DNA from: Spirochaetia bacterium
Lineage (GTDB): Bacteria > Spirochaetota > Spirochaetia > UBA9216
DNA: 64,000 nucleotides
NCBI GenBank assembly: GCA_963675665.1
Contig: OY776510.1
Coordinates: 768,001 to 832,000, forward strand
Reading direction: 5' to 3'
Positions 10,438-21,460 of this stretch are shown piece after piece. Each line of letters opens with the position of its first letter. Position 1 is the stretch's first letter. The notes under the pieces are model-generated. The model was not told where the DNA came from and searched no databases. It saw nothing but the letters and a program-made list of their open reading frames with translations. A program made the translations under genes and the position numbers.

Positions 10438-11573
10438 TTTATTCTCTTTTTCCAGGAAATTATCGTTCCCTTCCAGTTAATAGTTCTTGTCAGTACGGCG
10501 ATAAAAAAACTTTGAACATAGATAAATGGATATAATAAAACGGATACAAACAAGCCCTTCCAATATCGTGTATTGACAGGACCTGTAAAACCAAGCAATA
10601 TCGAAGATAAAAATAAAAAGCCATACATAACCGACGGAAAAATAAAGAAAACCGGATTTAAAATTCCCAAAGGTATGCTTAACAAACAAAATGCTGTGAT
10701 AATCATTAATGCTATGAAACTCGTTTGGGCAAATCTGTTCTCTGAAAAAACAGCTCCCGCCGCCCAACGAACAGCTTGATTTGTATGTTCATTCCAGGTC
10801 CTTTTATGAACCGTTTCGATAAATGAATCGTCATTAAATAGAGCTCTGATTTTGTACTTTCCGGCAGTATTCACTTTTGAGATCAATTCTGCATCTTCTG
10901 TTGCTGAATGAAGAAGGCATTCATAACCTCCTACTGATAAATATGTTTCTTTTCTGATTGCAAGGTTATTTCCAAAGCAGCCTATAGGCTTGCCCAGACC
11001 AATCGCACCAAACGCAAACAACATCCTGAAAAAATGATCAAAATTCTGAAATCTGCAGAGGACATTGTTCTCACCCGTAAGAGTCAGCATCCCACAGACA
11101 ACTCCGGTTGAAAGATTGGAAAAAGCTTCTACCAATAACTCTGCCCAACACTCTCCCGCTTCACAATCAGCATCTGTAAATACAAAAAGTTCTCCTTCTG
11201 CCTGTTCAATTCCCTTAAGTAATACATTCACCTTGGGATTAAAAGCTCCCGGCGACTCAGTATTTGCAATAACTTTAATCTTCAGATTCGAAGCAGTATG
11301 AAAATTATTCATCAGCTTTAAACTTTGATCTTCGGATCTGTCGTCGATCAGAATAATTTCCAGGTTTTTATAACTTTGGTTTTCCAGAGATGTAAATAAC
11401 CTGGGCAGGTTTTCCGCTTCATTTCGGGCCGGTATAATGATTGATATAAAAGGCTGATAATCCTTATTAATGCCGTTTATATTAGCTCGTTTCTTTTCCA
11501 ACGACAAACCCAGTGCGACAAAAAAAGTAAGGACAATAAGTACTGCTGATATTAATAATATAAATATATGCAT
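10434..11573 (-). CDS. Membrane-bound GT2 glycosyltransferase
   Basis: SIIIPARNE, DDRSED, FTDADC, TED, QAVRW; N- and C-terminal TM helices. Confidence 0.85.
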   Translation of the reverse strand: MHIFILLISAVLIVLTFFVALGLSLEKKRANINGINKDYQPFISIIIPARNEAENLPRLFTSLENQSYKNLEIILIDDRSEDQSLKLMNNFHTASNLKIKVIANTESPGAFNPKVNVLLKGIEQAEGELFVFTDADCEAGECWAELLVEAFSNLSTGVVCGMLTLTGENNVLCRFQNFDHFFRMLFAFGAIGLGKPIGCFGNNLAIRKETYLSVGGYECLLHSATEDAELISKVNTAGKYKIRALFNDDSFIETVHKRTWNEHTNQAVRWAAGAVFSENRFAQTSFIALMIITAFCLLSIPLGILNPVFFIFPSVMYGFLFLSSILLGFTGPVNTRYWKGLFVSVLLYPFIYVQSFFIAVLTRTINWKGTIISWKKRIK

Positions 11574-11595
11574 CTATCTCTTAAAAATAAAACAA

Positions 11596-12666
11596 CTATC
11601 TATTGTTATAATTTCTTTCCATCCACTTCAGATATTCACCGGATTTTACCTGCTCAATCCAGTCCCGGTTTTTAAGATACCATCTTACCGTTTCCCGAAG
11701 ACCGGAATCAAATGTATATGACTGCTTCCACCCAAGCTCTCTCTTAAGCCGTTCGCAGTTGATGGCGTATCGTCTGTCGTGTCCCGGACGATCTTTTACA
11801 AAATTAATCAGCTTCCTGTAGTATTCGCTGTTTTTACCATTTTCATCTGCCATTATCTCGCAAAGACGGTTAACAAGTTTGATATTTTCCCATTCGTTCT
11901 CACCGCCAATGTTATATGAACGTCCTGCCTCTCCGCTGTTAACAATTATCCAGACAGCGGAGTTGTGATCTTCCACATAAAGCCAGTCTCGGATATTTTT
12001 TCCGTCACCATATATTGGCAACGGTTTTTCTTCAAGCATATTCTCTATCATTACCGGTATCAGTTTCTCCGGAAACTGATACGGACCGTAATTATTTGAA
12101 CAGTTTGAAAGGGTTATTGGTAGCCCGTATGTATGAAAATATGCTCTTACAAGATGATCGGAAGCCGACTTCGCAGCAGAATACGGACTACGCGGATCAT
12201 AAGGGGTTTCTTCTGAAAAAGATCCTTCATCTCCAAGACTTCCGTAGACCTCGTCTGTTGATACGTGATGAAAGAGTTTTCCTTCATAATTATTCCAGAA
12301 TCCACGCACAGCTTCAAGAAGTGTAAATGTCCCATTTATATTAGTTGTTATAAATTCTTCCGGACCGGTTATCGAACGGTCTACGTGACTTTCAGCAGCA
12401 AGATGTATTACCGTATCAATATCGTATTTTATGAGAATATTATCAACAGCCTCGCGATCCCTGATATCCGCCTTCTCGAAAAAATAACGCTTCCCGCCGT
12501 ATTCTTTATCAATATCATTAAGGCTATAAGGATTGCCTGCATAAGTCAGGACATCGAGATTTATAATATTCCCGTTAAATCCGGTTTTTTCAAACAGATA
12601 TCTGACAAAGTTTGATCCGATAAATCCGGAGCCGCCTGTTATAAGGATATTGCTCAGTTTTCTCAT
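11596..12666 (-). CDS. rfbB: dTDP-glucose 4,6-dehydratase
   Basis: TGGSGFIG, HLAAESHVDRS, HVSTDEVYG, PYSAAK, DRPGHDRRY. Confidence 0.95.
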   Translation of the reverse strand: MRKLSNILITGGSGFIGSNFVRYLFEKTGFNGNIINLDVLTYAGNPYSLNDIDKEYGGKRYFFEKADIRDREAVDNILIKYDIDTVIHLAAESHVDRSITGPEEFITTNINGTFTLLEAVRGFWNNYEGKLFHHVSTDEVYGSLGDEGSFSEETPYDPRSPYSAAKSASDHLVRAYFHTYGLPITLSNCSNNYGPYQFPEKLIPVMIENMLEEKPLPIYGDGKNIRDWLYVEDHNSAVWIIVNSGEAGRSYNIGGENEWENIKLVNRLCEIMADENGKNSEYYRKLINFVKDRPGHDRRYAINCERLKRELGWKQSYTFDSGLRETVRWYLKNRDWIEQVKSGEYLKWMERNYNNR

Positions 12667-13892
12667 TTAGTTGAGACTCCTTGTATATTTTTTAATACAT
12701 TTTCCATTTGCTCTATTCTTAGTTCTTTCCTGAATACCCGTTCATAATATCTCTTCCCATTAATTCCCTTAATCTTCAATTCATCTTTATTCATTTTTAA
12801 AAAAGAGTTAATGCCTCTTTCTGTTTCTTTAATATTGCCGGCAGGGACCGCTATCCCACAGTCAGCATCTTTTATCAGATCAGCACCATCACCGTTTAAC
12901 ATTGCAAGAACAGGTTTACCCTGAGACATATAGAATTGGACCTTGGCAGGAACAGTCATATTAAAAATCTTTTCATCTTTTAAAGAAACAACAAGGACAT
13001 CGGCAATAGACATTAACTCCGGCATTGCTTCCAATGGAAACCTTCCCGGGAAAAAACAAGTCTCTTCCAGCCTTAAGGAAACAACCATCTCTTGAAGATG
13101 TCTTTTTTTTCTTCCGTCTCCAAGAAATACAAATTTAATATTTTGTCTGTCTTTAAATTTCATTGCAGCCGTTAAGAGACAATCAAGATTCTGTGCTTCT
13201 CCGATATTTCCTGCAAACATAAAAATAAAATCATTGTCATTTTTAGGAAACGGCTCTTTAGAAAAATTTTTAATGGGTTTAATATCCTCTGCCCAATTGG
13301 GAAAATACTCAATTTTTGACTCAAAATTACCTTTTTCACAAATGGACTTTTTAAATCCTTTTGAACCGACAAGGATTCGGTCACAGTGTGAATAAACCTT
13401 TTGAACCATTTTTTCCAAAGGATACAAAATTGCTTTTGATTTAATATTACCTGCCGATACGACAGACTCCGGCCATAAATCAAGTACCCAGAATATTAAT
13501 GGAATACTCTTTTTTTTCTTCAACCACACAGCAGGTAAACCAAGAAAGAACGGAGATGTCATATGAACAAGAACTGCATCATAATCCTTTTTTATAGAAT
13601 GAAATCTTATGTAAAAAGAAAGAGATACAAGATATGAAAAATAATTTAAGCCCAATTTTATTTTATTCCCTTTACCTCTGGGAATTCTTGGTATCCGAAC
13701 TATATTAACGCCATTTATAACTTCTCTATTCTTTTTAAATAGAGAATAACCATCATAATATTTTCCGTAAGGATAATCCGGAATAGCTGTCAGCACTGTT
13801 ATCTCATTTTCTTTTACGGCTAATTCAAAAGCAATATCGTTTATCTTGAAATCTTCCGGATAAAAATGATTTGTTATAATACAAATCTTCAC
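12663..13892 (-). CDS. GT4 glycosyltransferase, WbuB-like (probable L-FucNAc transferase)
   Basis: HFYPE, PDYPYG, DLWPES, PNWAE, AGNIGEAQ; GTG start at 13892 overlapping upstream stop; next to fnlABC. Confidence 0.85.
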   Translation of the reverse strand: MKICIITNHFYPEDFKINDIAFELAVKENEITVLTAIPDYPYGKYYDGYSLFKKNREVINGVNIVRIPRIPRGKGNKIKLGLNYFSYLVSLSFYIRFHSIKKDYDAVLVHMTSPFFLGLPAVWLKKKKSIPLIFWVLDLWPESVVSAGNIKSKAILYPLEKMVQKVYSHCDRILVGSKGFKKSICEKGNFESKIEYFPNWAEDIKPIKNFSKEPFPKNDNDFIFMFAGNIGEAQNLDCLLTAAMKFKDRQNIKFVFLGDGRKKRHLQEMVVSLRLEETCFFPGRFPLEAMPELMSIADVLVVSLKDEKIFNMTVPAKVQFYMSQGKPVLAMLNGDGADLIKDADCGIAVPAGNIKETERGINSFLKMNKDELKIKGINGKRYYERVFRKELRIEQMENVLKNIQGVSTK

Positions 13893-15025
13893 TAATACAA
13901 TCCCCAAACAACTCTTTTAATATAATCAGTATAACTGAGGATTATTCTCACTACTTTATCAGAGACATTCGGCATCGAATAATCTGATACTTTTCTATAG
14001 ACAGTTTTCGCTGTATTATCCTGTTCCAGAAGTTTTAAGCCCTGAAGAATTCGTTCAGGATTTAAACCTACCATCATTACAGAGGCTTCTTCCATGGCTT
14101 CCGGTCTTTCATGTGCTTCCCTGATATTTAATGCAGGAAAACCAAGAATCGACGACTCTTCAGATATAGTACCGCTATCGGATAAAACAGCGAAAGAATT
14201 CAACTGTAAGGCTATATAATCACTTAAACAGAAGGGTTTCTCAAGCCTGATTTTTTTATTGAACACAACATTTTTCTGTTCAATCATTTTACGGGTTCTT
14301 GGGTGTGTAGAAACGATAACTGGGAGATTGAACATATCTGCTATTTCATTCAAAACACTGCATATCCCATTAAAGTTCTTTTCGGAAGCAATATTTTCTT
14401 CTCTATGTGCGGAAACAACAAAATATTGCCCTTTTTCTAACTTAAGCTTTTCCAAAATCCTAGACTTTTTCACCTTCGGCATATACTCAGAAAGAACTTC
14501 AAACATGGGGCTTCCTGTTTTTATCACCCGGTCAGCACGTAGCCCTTCAGCAAGCAGGTATTCCCTGGCAATATCGCTATAAGTCAGGTTTATATCACTT
14601 ATATGATCCACAATCTTTCTGTTTGTTTCTTCAGGTACACGTTGATCAAAACAACGGTTTCCTGCTTCCATATGAAAAATTGGGATATGCCTTTTTTTTG
14701 CTGCTATTGCACATAAACAAGAATTTGTGTCGCCAAGAACCAGAAACGAGTCAGGTTCAACCTCAGAAAGGACTTTGTCTATTTTAACAAGAATATTCCC
14801 TGCCGTTTCAGTCGCATTACTGCCGGCCGCCTCCAGAAAATAATCCGGTTTCCTCAAGCCAAGATCATCGAAAAAAATCTGGTTCAACTCATAATCATAA
14901 TTTTGCCCTGTATGAACAAGAACATGTTCAACGGCAGAACAACTGTCTAGCTTTTTTAGTACACATGAAAGCCTTATTATTTCCGGTCTTGTTCCGACAA
15001 CAGTTAAAACCTTAAGCTTGTTCAT
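13892..15025 (-). CDS. fnlC: UDP-sugar 2-epimerase of the L-FucNAc pathway (FnlC/WbjD/CapG)
   Basis: VGTRPEIIRLS, HTGQNYD, HMEAGNRCFD, SDSGTISEE, ERPEAM. Confidence 0.9.
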   Translation of the reverse strand: MNKLKVLTVVGTRPEIIRLSCVLKKLDSCSAVEHVLVHTGQNYDYELNQIFFDDLGLRKPDYFLEAAGSNATETAGNILVKIDKVLSEVEPDSFLVLGDTNSCLCAIAAKKRHIPIFHMEAGNRCFDQRVPEETNRKIVDHISDINLTYSDIAREYLLAEGLRADRVIKTGSPMFEVLSEYMPKVKKSRILEKLKLEKGQYFVVSAHREENIASEKNFNGICSVLNEIADMFNLPVIVSTHPRTRKMIEQKNVVFNKKIRLEKPFCLSDYIALQLNSFAVLSDSGTISEESSILGFPALNIREAHERPEAMEEASVMMVGLNPERILQGLKLLEQDNTAKTVYRKVSDYSMPNVSDKVVRIILSYTDYIKRVVWGLY

Positions 15026-16137
15026 TCAACATCCTCATAATATGTATCCGGCTTTTCTTTATCAAAATACTCATTAGCCCACACAACCAGAATCATGTCA
15101 TTATCCCCGATATTGGTTATTTTATGCGTATATCCGGGAGGGATATCTACAACTTCCAGTTTTTTATCAGATACATTATATTCAATTATTTCATCATCCA
15201 GGATATTTCTAAATACAATTTTTGCTCTTCCTTTGATTACCAAAAATTTTTCGTTCTTTGTATCATGAAAATGATTTCCCCTGGTTATCCCCGGTCTTGA
15301 AGTTGAGATTGAAAATTGTCCGCTGCTTAAAGTTTTCACAATCTCAATAAAACTGCCCCGTTCATCTTCATGGGCCTTTAACGGATATGAAAAATCATCT
15401 TTAGATAAAAACGACAGATAAGTTGAATACAAAGCCCTGGCGAAGCCTATTCCGACATTATCTATCGTTAGCGAATTTCTCGATTCCTTGAATGAATATA
15501 ATAAATCTCTTACTTCACCTAATGTTACATCATAAATACAATCTACATTATAAAATGTTTTAAAATGTCTGATTTTTTCTTCTGTTAGATGTTTTACAAA
15601 ACAATTAACAACATCATCTATATAGACAAGAGAAATCTTCTTTCTCGGATCGTCAATCGATATATCTATATTATGAGTGATATTATATGCCCAGGTTGCT
15701 ATTACTGTATTATAGTTTGGTTTACTCCATTTACCAAAAACACCGGGCAATCTATATATATATACTGCTACGAAGTTTTTTATGCTATATTCTTCGATAA
15801 TTTTCTCAGCGGCTAATTTACTCCGGCCATATTCATTATTTAATTCAGCCTGAGTGGAGGATGTTATTAAAATCGGTATTTTTAGACCTTTATTTTCTAT
15901 TGCTCTAACAATACTTTGTGTTAAGTCGACATTATTCTTTTTGAAATCAGAATCATTTTTCGGTCTGTTTTCACCGGCAAGATGATAGATAAATGAAACG
16001 CCATCGAGAAGAGAATCCAACTCTTCTATTTTATTTTTTTTATCAAATTCAATAATCTCAAGTCCCGATTTTCTTTTTAACGTTTGTTTTAAATTCTTCC
16101 CGATAAAACCACTAGAACCTGTTATTAATATTTTCAT
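15022..16137 (-). CDS. fnlB: Bifunctional SDR-cupin reductase/epimerase (FnlB/WbjC/CapF)
   Basis: TGSSGFIG, HLAGENRP, VFGKWSKPNYN, C-terminal cupin TRGNHFH.TK.EKF. Confidence 0.9.
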   Translation of the reverse strand: MKILITGSSGFIGKNLKQTLKRKSGLEIIEFDKKNKIEELDSLLDGVSFIYHLAGENRPKNDSDFKKNNVDLTQSIVRAIENKGLKIPILITSSTQAELNNEYGRSKLAAEKIIEEYSIKNFVAVYIYRLPGVFGKWSKPNYNTVIATWAYNITHNIDISIDDPRKKISLVYIDDVVNCFVKHLTEEKIRHFKTFYNVDCIYDVTLGEVRDLLYSFKESRNSLTIDNVGIGFARALYSTYLSFLSKDDFSYPLKAHEDERGSFIEIVKTLSSGQFSISTSRPGITRGNHFHDTKNEKFLVIKGRAKIVFRNILDDEIIEYNVSDKKLEVVDIPPGYTHKITNIGDNDMILVVWANEYFDKEKPDTYYEDVE

Positions 16138-16151
16138 TTCTAATCCTTTTC

Positions 16152-17147
16152 TTAAAATAATCTCAAATTGTCAATCATTTTCTTTAACTCTTCTATCTCA
16201 AGTTGTCTGGTATTGTCAGAGTTGTATTCTTTTGCCTCTGTTATTTCTATTTCACCCGCTTCATAATATTTTTTATAGTTTAAATCTCTAACATCAGCCG
16301 GAATTCTATAATAATTTCCCATATCAATAGCTCTGGCGCTTTCTTCCTTTGTCATAAGTACTTCATACTTTTTTTCACCGTGCCGGGTTCCAATAATATC
16401 TATCTTATAATCTGGTTTGTTTAACAACCATAGAATAGCTTCAACTAAAACACGAATTGTAGCCGCAGGTGATTTCTGTACAAAAAGATCTCCATTCTCT
16501 CCGTTTCTGAAAGCAAAAAGTACCAGATCTACGGCCTGCTCAAGTGTCATCATAAATCTGGTCATTTCAGGATCTGTTATTGTAACAGGATTTCCACTAT
16601 CAATCTGGTTTAAAAATAGCGGTATCACTGAACCCCGCGATGCCATTACATTACCATACCTGGTTACACATATTACAGTATTCTTTTCTTCCAGATTCCT
16701 ACTCTTCGAAACCGCAATTTTTTCCATCATCGCCTTTGAGATACCCATTGCATTAATTGGATAAGCAGCCTTGTCGGTACTCAAGCATACAACACGTTCT
16801 ACATTTTCACTAATTGCGGCATTAAGTACATTCTCTGTTCCAAGTATGTTCGTTTTTACCGCCTGCATCGGATAAAATTCACAAGAAGGTACCTGCTTAA
16901 GCGCCGCTGCATGAAATACATAATCAACATTTCTCATAGCATCTGTGATTGATTTTTCATCTCTCACATCGCCAATATAAAATTTTAATTTACTGTTATT
17001 ATGCTTTTTACGCATATCATCCTGTTTTTTCTCATCTCTTGAAAAGATTCTTATTTCTTTAATTCCGGTATCAATAAATCTATTCAGTACAGCATTCCCG
17101 AAAGAACCTGTTCCTCCTGTAATCATTAATACTTTATTTTCAAACAT
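16152..17147 (-). CDS. fnlA: UDP-GlcNAc 4,6-dehydratase/epimerase (FnlA/WbjB/CapE)
   Basis: TGGTGSFG, HAAALKQVPSCEF, STDKA.YPINAMG.SK, RYGNVMASRGSV. Confidence 0.92.
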   Translation of the reverse strand: MFENKVLMITGGTGSFGNAVLNRFIDTGIKEIRIFSRDEKKQDDMRKKHNNSKLKFYIGDVRDEKSITDAMRNVDYVFHAAALKQVPSCEFYPMQAVKTNILGTENVLNAAISENVERVVCLSTDKAAYPINAMGISKAMMEKIAVSKSRNLEEKNTVICVTRYGNVMASRGSVIPLFLNQIDSGNPVTITDPEMTRFMMTLEQAVDLVLFAFRNGENGDLFVQKSPAATIRVLVEAILWLLNKPDYKIDIIGTRHGEKKYEVLMTKEESARAIDMGNYYRIPADVRDLNYKKYYEAGEIEITEAKEYNSDNTRQLEIEELKKMIDNLRLF

Positions 17148-17150
17148 AAC

Positions 17151-18296
17151 TTAGCCTTCTTTATTTAAAACAATCTCTTCACATATTCTGATATATTTTT
17201 TAGCCCTTGATTCTGATGTTTCAAATTCCTTGACCCGTTCCAAACCTTTTCTTATTTTTTCATTTTGCAACTCTTTTGAATTTACTATTTTAAATATTTT
17301 TTCTACTGCATCACGCGGATCAAGCGGATTAAAATATATGGCGGCATCTTTGCATAAGTCTTTTGCAAATGAATATTCTGATGTCAGAATTGGTATTCTC
17401 ATTATCATCGCTTCAGGATAAGAGGCACTGAATGTCTCAAGCAGAGTTGGCGCAAACAATGCATCTGCCTGTTGATAGATTGACGGACATGCTTTTTGAT
17501 TGATTGGGCCAACATTTATTATCTTTTTTTCATATTGCCCAAAGATATTATTGTAACTCCTGTTATCTATTGTCAAAATAAACTTCACATTAACTTTATC
17601 TAGAAACGGCAATATTTTCTTAATTAAAATCAAGTTTTTATTAGGATGATTATGTGAGATGTAAACAAACCTAAATTCATTTTCCTCTCTTTCAGGTAAT
17701 TCAATAAAATTCTTATTATTTCTTTCTAGAAGCGTTTTATCACTAAAAACATCACTATGTGTATTTCCAACTACAAAAACTTTTGAAGAATTAATATCAA
17801 ATATCTTTATAAATTTATCTTTTGCATCATTTGTTTCAATAATAAAAAAAGCCGATTCCTTTTTAAGATGCGATATTTTATAAATGTTATAAAGTCTTCT
17901 TTTTACATTTTTAATAAAAGATAAACGTTTGTATGCGATTGAATTTTGATTATATACCCATCCGTCCGCAAATCCGGTAAGATGCACAGCTTTCGGCTTC
18001 CAGTAAGCTGGACCGAATACTGTAAAGACAATATCAGGATTTACAGCATTCTCAATCTCATTCAATTTCTTTATTATACGCATTCTGCTTTTCAGCGAGG
18101 CAGGGGACTTTTCAATAATATAAAAATCAACATTTTGTGGAAAACTGCAAACATCTAACTGATTCTCAATAACCGGTGAAAGAATTACAATGTATCTATA
18201 ATTATCTTTAAAATTTTTTATTTCGTTAATTAATGATAAAGCAACCTGAACCCCGCCACCCACATATAAATTTGATGTATTTATTAAAATATTCAA
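17151..18296 (-). CDS. GT4 glycosyltransferase
   Basis: GGGVQVA, FTVFGP.YW, PTLLETFSASYPEAM. Confidence 0.85.
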   Translation of the reverse strand: MNILINTSNLYVGGGVQVALSLINEIKNFKDNYRYIVILSPVIENQLDVCSFPQNVDFYIIEKSPASLKSRMRIIKKLNEIENAVNPDIVFTVFGPAYWKPKAVHLTGFADGWVYNQNSIAYKRLSFIKNVKRRLYNIYKISHLKKESAFFIIETNDAKDKFIKIFDINSSKVFVVGNTHSDVFSDKTLLERNNKNFIELPEREENEFRFVYISHNHPNKNLILIKKILPFLDKVNVKFILTIDNRSYNNIFGQYEKKIINVGPINQKACPSIYQQADALFAPTLLETFSASYPEAMIMRIPILTSEYSFAKDLCKDAAIYFNPLDPRDAVEKIFKIVNSKELQNEKIRKGLERVKEFETSESRAKKYIRICEEIVLNKEG

Positions 18297-18320
18297 TTGC
18301 TCTTTCCCCTGTCGCTTTAA

Positions 18321-20063
18321 CTACAGAATTTCATATAAATATATTCCCCAATATGAGTCTTCGTGATCAAAATATTTCAAAAACTTTAAATCTATACTAT
18401 CAGAATTACCAATTTTAACAGTAGAAAAAATATATTTTCCACCCATTTCCTTTAAAGCAGTTGTATTAATATCAAAATGATTAATTACCCGATTTTCTTC
18501 TTTATTAATAAGATAGGAATCTATTTCTGATGAAAATAAATAGCACCTGTTACCCCATTCATCAAAATAAATTCTTAGATCCTCATTCTTGTTCAGTTCT
18601 CCTTCTATAATTTTCCTGAATTTGTCTTTATATTTTTTGGGGTATATATTCTGGTATGAATCTAATGAATAGAACCCGTTATATGTTGCAACTGAAGGAT
18701 GTAATCCTAAGCTTACGACTCTATAATCTTCCTTATCAATTCCTATATAATTATCTATATCAATAAAAAGTTCATCATCAAAAAACGTTTTATAAGATAT
18801 CTTAACATCTATTTTATTTAATCCAACATTTGTCAGATAAACAATGTTTTTAAGATACGTGATATTACCGATTGCAACAGTACAAAACTGAATTACAATC
18901 AGAAAATATGCAATCTTAATAAATCCCTTTTCCTTTATAGACATTAAACAGATTGCAAAAACAACCAACCATGCCACTGGCAATAAAAAATAGAATCTGT
19001 CAAATTGGAATGTTTTTATTATTTCAATTTTATTACCATATCTATTTACTATATAAGGATATATTAAGTACAGTACTAATATTGACAATATAGCTAAATA
19101 TAAGAATATAACTGTTTTAGCCCTATTTTTAATGAAAATGCTTTTTATTTTATACTTCTCAAAAAATTGACTGATAACAATTAAAAGAGATGTAATGATT
19201 ATAAAAATAGTATTTATATGTCCCGCATGTATTTGATTATAAATCAACATGTCAACAGTATCTTTAATTCGATCTGTAAGCGTAAAGGTAGGGATTTTCC
19301 AGTCTACACGATGTGAAATAAAATTGGCATCAAAAAAAGTAATTAAAAAAAGTTGATATTCGGATATAAGATATCCGGCACCAAAAATTATTAATCCTGA
19401 CAAAATATTTAATTTTAGCTTTTTATTCTTTATTGTATTTATAATTATATAGATCGTAAATATGACAATAATAAAAACTCCTGCAAGGACAAGAGACGAA
19501 TAGAAAGTAAATAATAATATTATAATATAATTATAAATATTATTTTTATCCTTTATAAGATTAATAATAGCAAAGTAAAGAAAGGGCTGCCCTGCTGTCG
19601 TTAAATCATATGCTGAATAGAATGGAATAAAACAAAATATTACAGATAGAAAAAAAGAAAGACTATTATTATCTCTGGATATATGCTTTGATAAAAACAA
19701 ATACATTCCACTAAATGCAATAATCTTGATCAATATATCATTTATCAAATACGCATTGAACGGGTTAAAAATTTTATATAGTATGAAGCTAACAGAAATT
19801 TTAGTGCCGAATGAAGTTACCGGCAAACCATTCATAACATTTTCAATTATTTGATTTCTATTCAAAATCCATCCGCTTCTTGCTAAAAGAACCTTATTAA
19901 CAAACACACCATCCAAATTATCATGTATACTGATGAAACAATTATCTTTAAGGATCATATATGGTATATAATAAATTAATAAAAGCAACAGCCCGGAGAA
20001 AAACCAATATTTATTAAAATATGTATCAATTATATTTTCTTTTGTTCTCATCTTTTTCACCAT
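18321..20063 (-). CDS. Polytopic membrane protein, DUF6044-like (putative GT-C glycosyltransferase)
   Basis: About 10-11 TM helices; HDNLD after TM1, SHR, FQFDRF, YNGFY.LD.Y..YP, WGNRCY. Confidence 0.65.
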   Translation of the reverse strand: MVKKMRTKENIIDTYFNKYWFFSGLLLLLIYYIPYMILKDNCFISIHDNLDGVFVNKVLLARSGWILNRNQIIENVMNGLPVTSFGTKISVSFILYKIFNPFNAYLINDILIKIIAFSGMYLFLSKHISRDNNSLSFFLSVIFCFIPFYSAYDLTTAGQPFLYFAIINLIKDKNNIYNYIIILLFTFYSSLVLAGVFIIVIFTIYIIINTIKNKKLKLNILSGLIIFGAGYLISEYQLFLITFFDANFISHRVDWKIPTFTLTDRIKDTVDMLIYNQIHAGHINTIFIIITSLLIVISQFFEKYKIKSIFIKNRAKTVIFLYLAILSILVLYLIYPYIVNRYGNKIEIIKTFQFDRFYFLLPVAWLVVFAICLMSIKEKGFIKIAYFLIVIQFCTVAIGNITYLKNIVYLTNVGLNKIDVKISYKTFFDDELFIDIDNYIGIDKEDYRVVSLGLHPSVATYNGFYSLDSYQNIYPKKYKDKFRKIIEGELNKNEDLRIYFDEWGNRCYLFSSEIDSYLINKEENRVINHFDINTTALKEMGGKYIFSTVKIGNSDSIDLKFLKYFDHEDSYWGIYLYEIL

Positions 20064-20082
20064 CCAAGGACTTAAAATTGAT

Positions 20083-20421
20083 CTAAAAATTATAGATTAA
20101 AATGCCGCATACTATTACTGACAATCCAAAAATTCTTATCCTGTTAATTTTTTCTTTTAAAATTACCCTTGAGAATACAACTACAAAAATATAATTCATT
20201 GGAAGCAAGAGGATCATCACTTTTAACGGCAGGATTCTATATGCAAAAAGGTTAATTAATGTTACCGATACAAGAATAGCATACCCGGAAATAGTCCAGA
20301 TGTTGAATAAGGATCTTATTAGTGAATGCCTTATCTTTTTTTTTGCACCAATTTTAAGAGATATTTGACTTAAGGCTGTCATCAATACACCGACAAATGC
20401 AAGAATTTTATAATAAATCAT
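20083..20421 (-). CDS. SMR/EamA small membrane protein (ArnE/F-like flippase subunit)
   Basis: 112 aa, 4 TM, QISLKIG and ILKEKI. Confidence 0.7.
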   Translation of the reverse strand: MIYYKILAFVGVLMTALSQISLKIGAKKKIRHSLIRSLFNIWTISGYAILVSVTLINLFAYRILPLKVMILLLPMNYIFVVVFSRVILKEKINRIRIFGLSVIVCGILIYNF

Positions 20422-20793
20422 CTATTTATTATCCTTATATGATAAAGAATAGATAATTACCCCAATACCTATGGTAAAAACGCCAATTATATTATTTATA
20501 CTAACCGGTTCATTAAAAATCAAATAACTGCAAATTAAAAGAACTAAATATACAAGACTTAGAAAACAGTATGCAAATGATAATTCAAATTTTCTCAGGA
20601 CAACCTGCCAACAAAGAGCCTGAAAAATTAACGCTAAAAAAGATAAAAGATACCAGTAGTTGTGTACAATATTGTTAAAACTGTAATTATCAAGCCTTGT
20701 TGCAGCTATTTTTATTAAAACCAAAGATGCTGATTGAAAAAAAACCGATAAAACAATAAATAGAAAACTTATCCTGCTTTTAAGTTCTTCCAT
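20422..20793 (-). CDS. SMR/EamA small membrane protein (ArnE/F-like flippase subunit)
   Basis: 123 aa, 4 TM, W..VLR..ELS.AY and IFNEPVS. Confidence 0.75.
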   Translation of the reverse strand: MEELKSRISFLFIVLSVFFQSASLVLIKIAATRLDNYSFNNIVHNYWYLLSFLALIFQALCWQVVLRKFELSFAYCFLSLVYLVLLICSYLIFNEPVSINNIIGVFTIGIGVIIYSLSYKDNK

Positions 20794-21460
20794 AATAATA
20801 CCACAATCCTATTTTCTCCGGCAGGAATCCTTGTCTGATATAAAATTTTTGTGCTGAAAGATTTACTCCCTGTGTGGCAACAGAAATAATATCATATCCC
20901 ATTTTTTTCGCCCAAAATTTTGCATCCTCTATTAAAGCGGCAGCAAAACCATGCCCCTGATATTTTTTTAAAACACCTAATAAACCAATCTGTATTGTTC
21001 GATTCTTAATATATTTTAAAGTAATAAAACCGACTATTTTATTTCCATTTTTTTTAATTATGCATAAGTCATCAAATTGCCCAAGTATTGCATTCTCAAC
21101 CCATTTCGCATAAAAATTTTTATATTGGTTTGAACCAAAATAAGAATTATTATATCTGCTATAAATAAAAACCTCTTTTGCAATATCTATAATAATGTCG
21201 CAATCTTTTTCTGCGGCTATTACCGGTTCCCGTGTTCCGGTCTTATCAATATTCATTAAAAAATCTATTCTGGTATCAATATAATGAAAACCTATTCTTT
21301 CCAGTTTTAAAATATATCCGGTATTCTTTATATCACAACAACATTGAACAAGATCATACCTTTCCAAAATTTCTATAAACAGGTTTTTATCATCATCTTC
21401 ATCGATAGAACCTATTTCTTTTTTAAAGAATTGACTGTCCCATTCCAATTTTCTTATCAT
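20780..21460 (-). CDS. WecD-like dTDP-4-aminosugar N-acetyltransferase (GNAT)
   Basis: LEWDSQFF, SRY, Y..W..NA..G, QGHG.A, VATQ..N..AQ.FY...GF. Confidence 0.85.
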   Translation of the reverse strand: MIRKLEWDSQFFKKEIGSIDEDDDKNLFIEILERYDLVQCCCDIKNTGYILKLERIGFHYIDTRIDFLMNIDKTGTREPVIAAEKDCDIIIDIAKEVFIYSRYNNSYFGSNQYKNFYAKWVENAILGQFDDLCIIKKNGNKIVGFITLKYIKNRTIQIGLLGVLKKYQGHGFAAALIEDAKFWAKKMGYDIISVATQGVNLSAQKFYIRQGFLPEKIGLWYYYGRT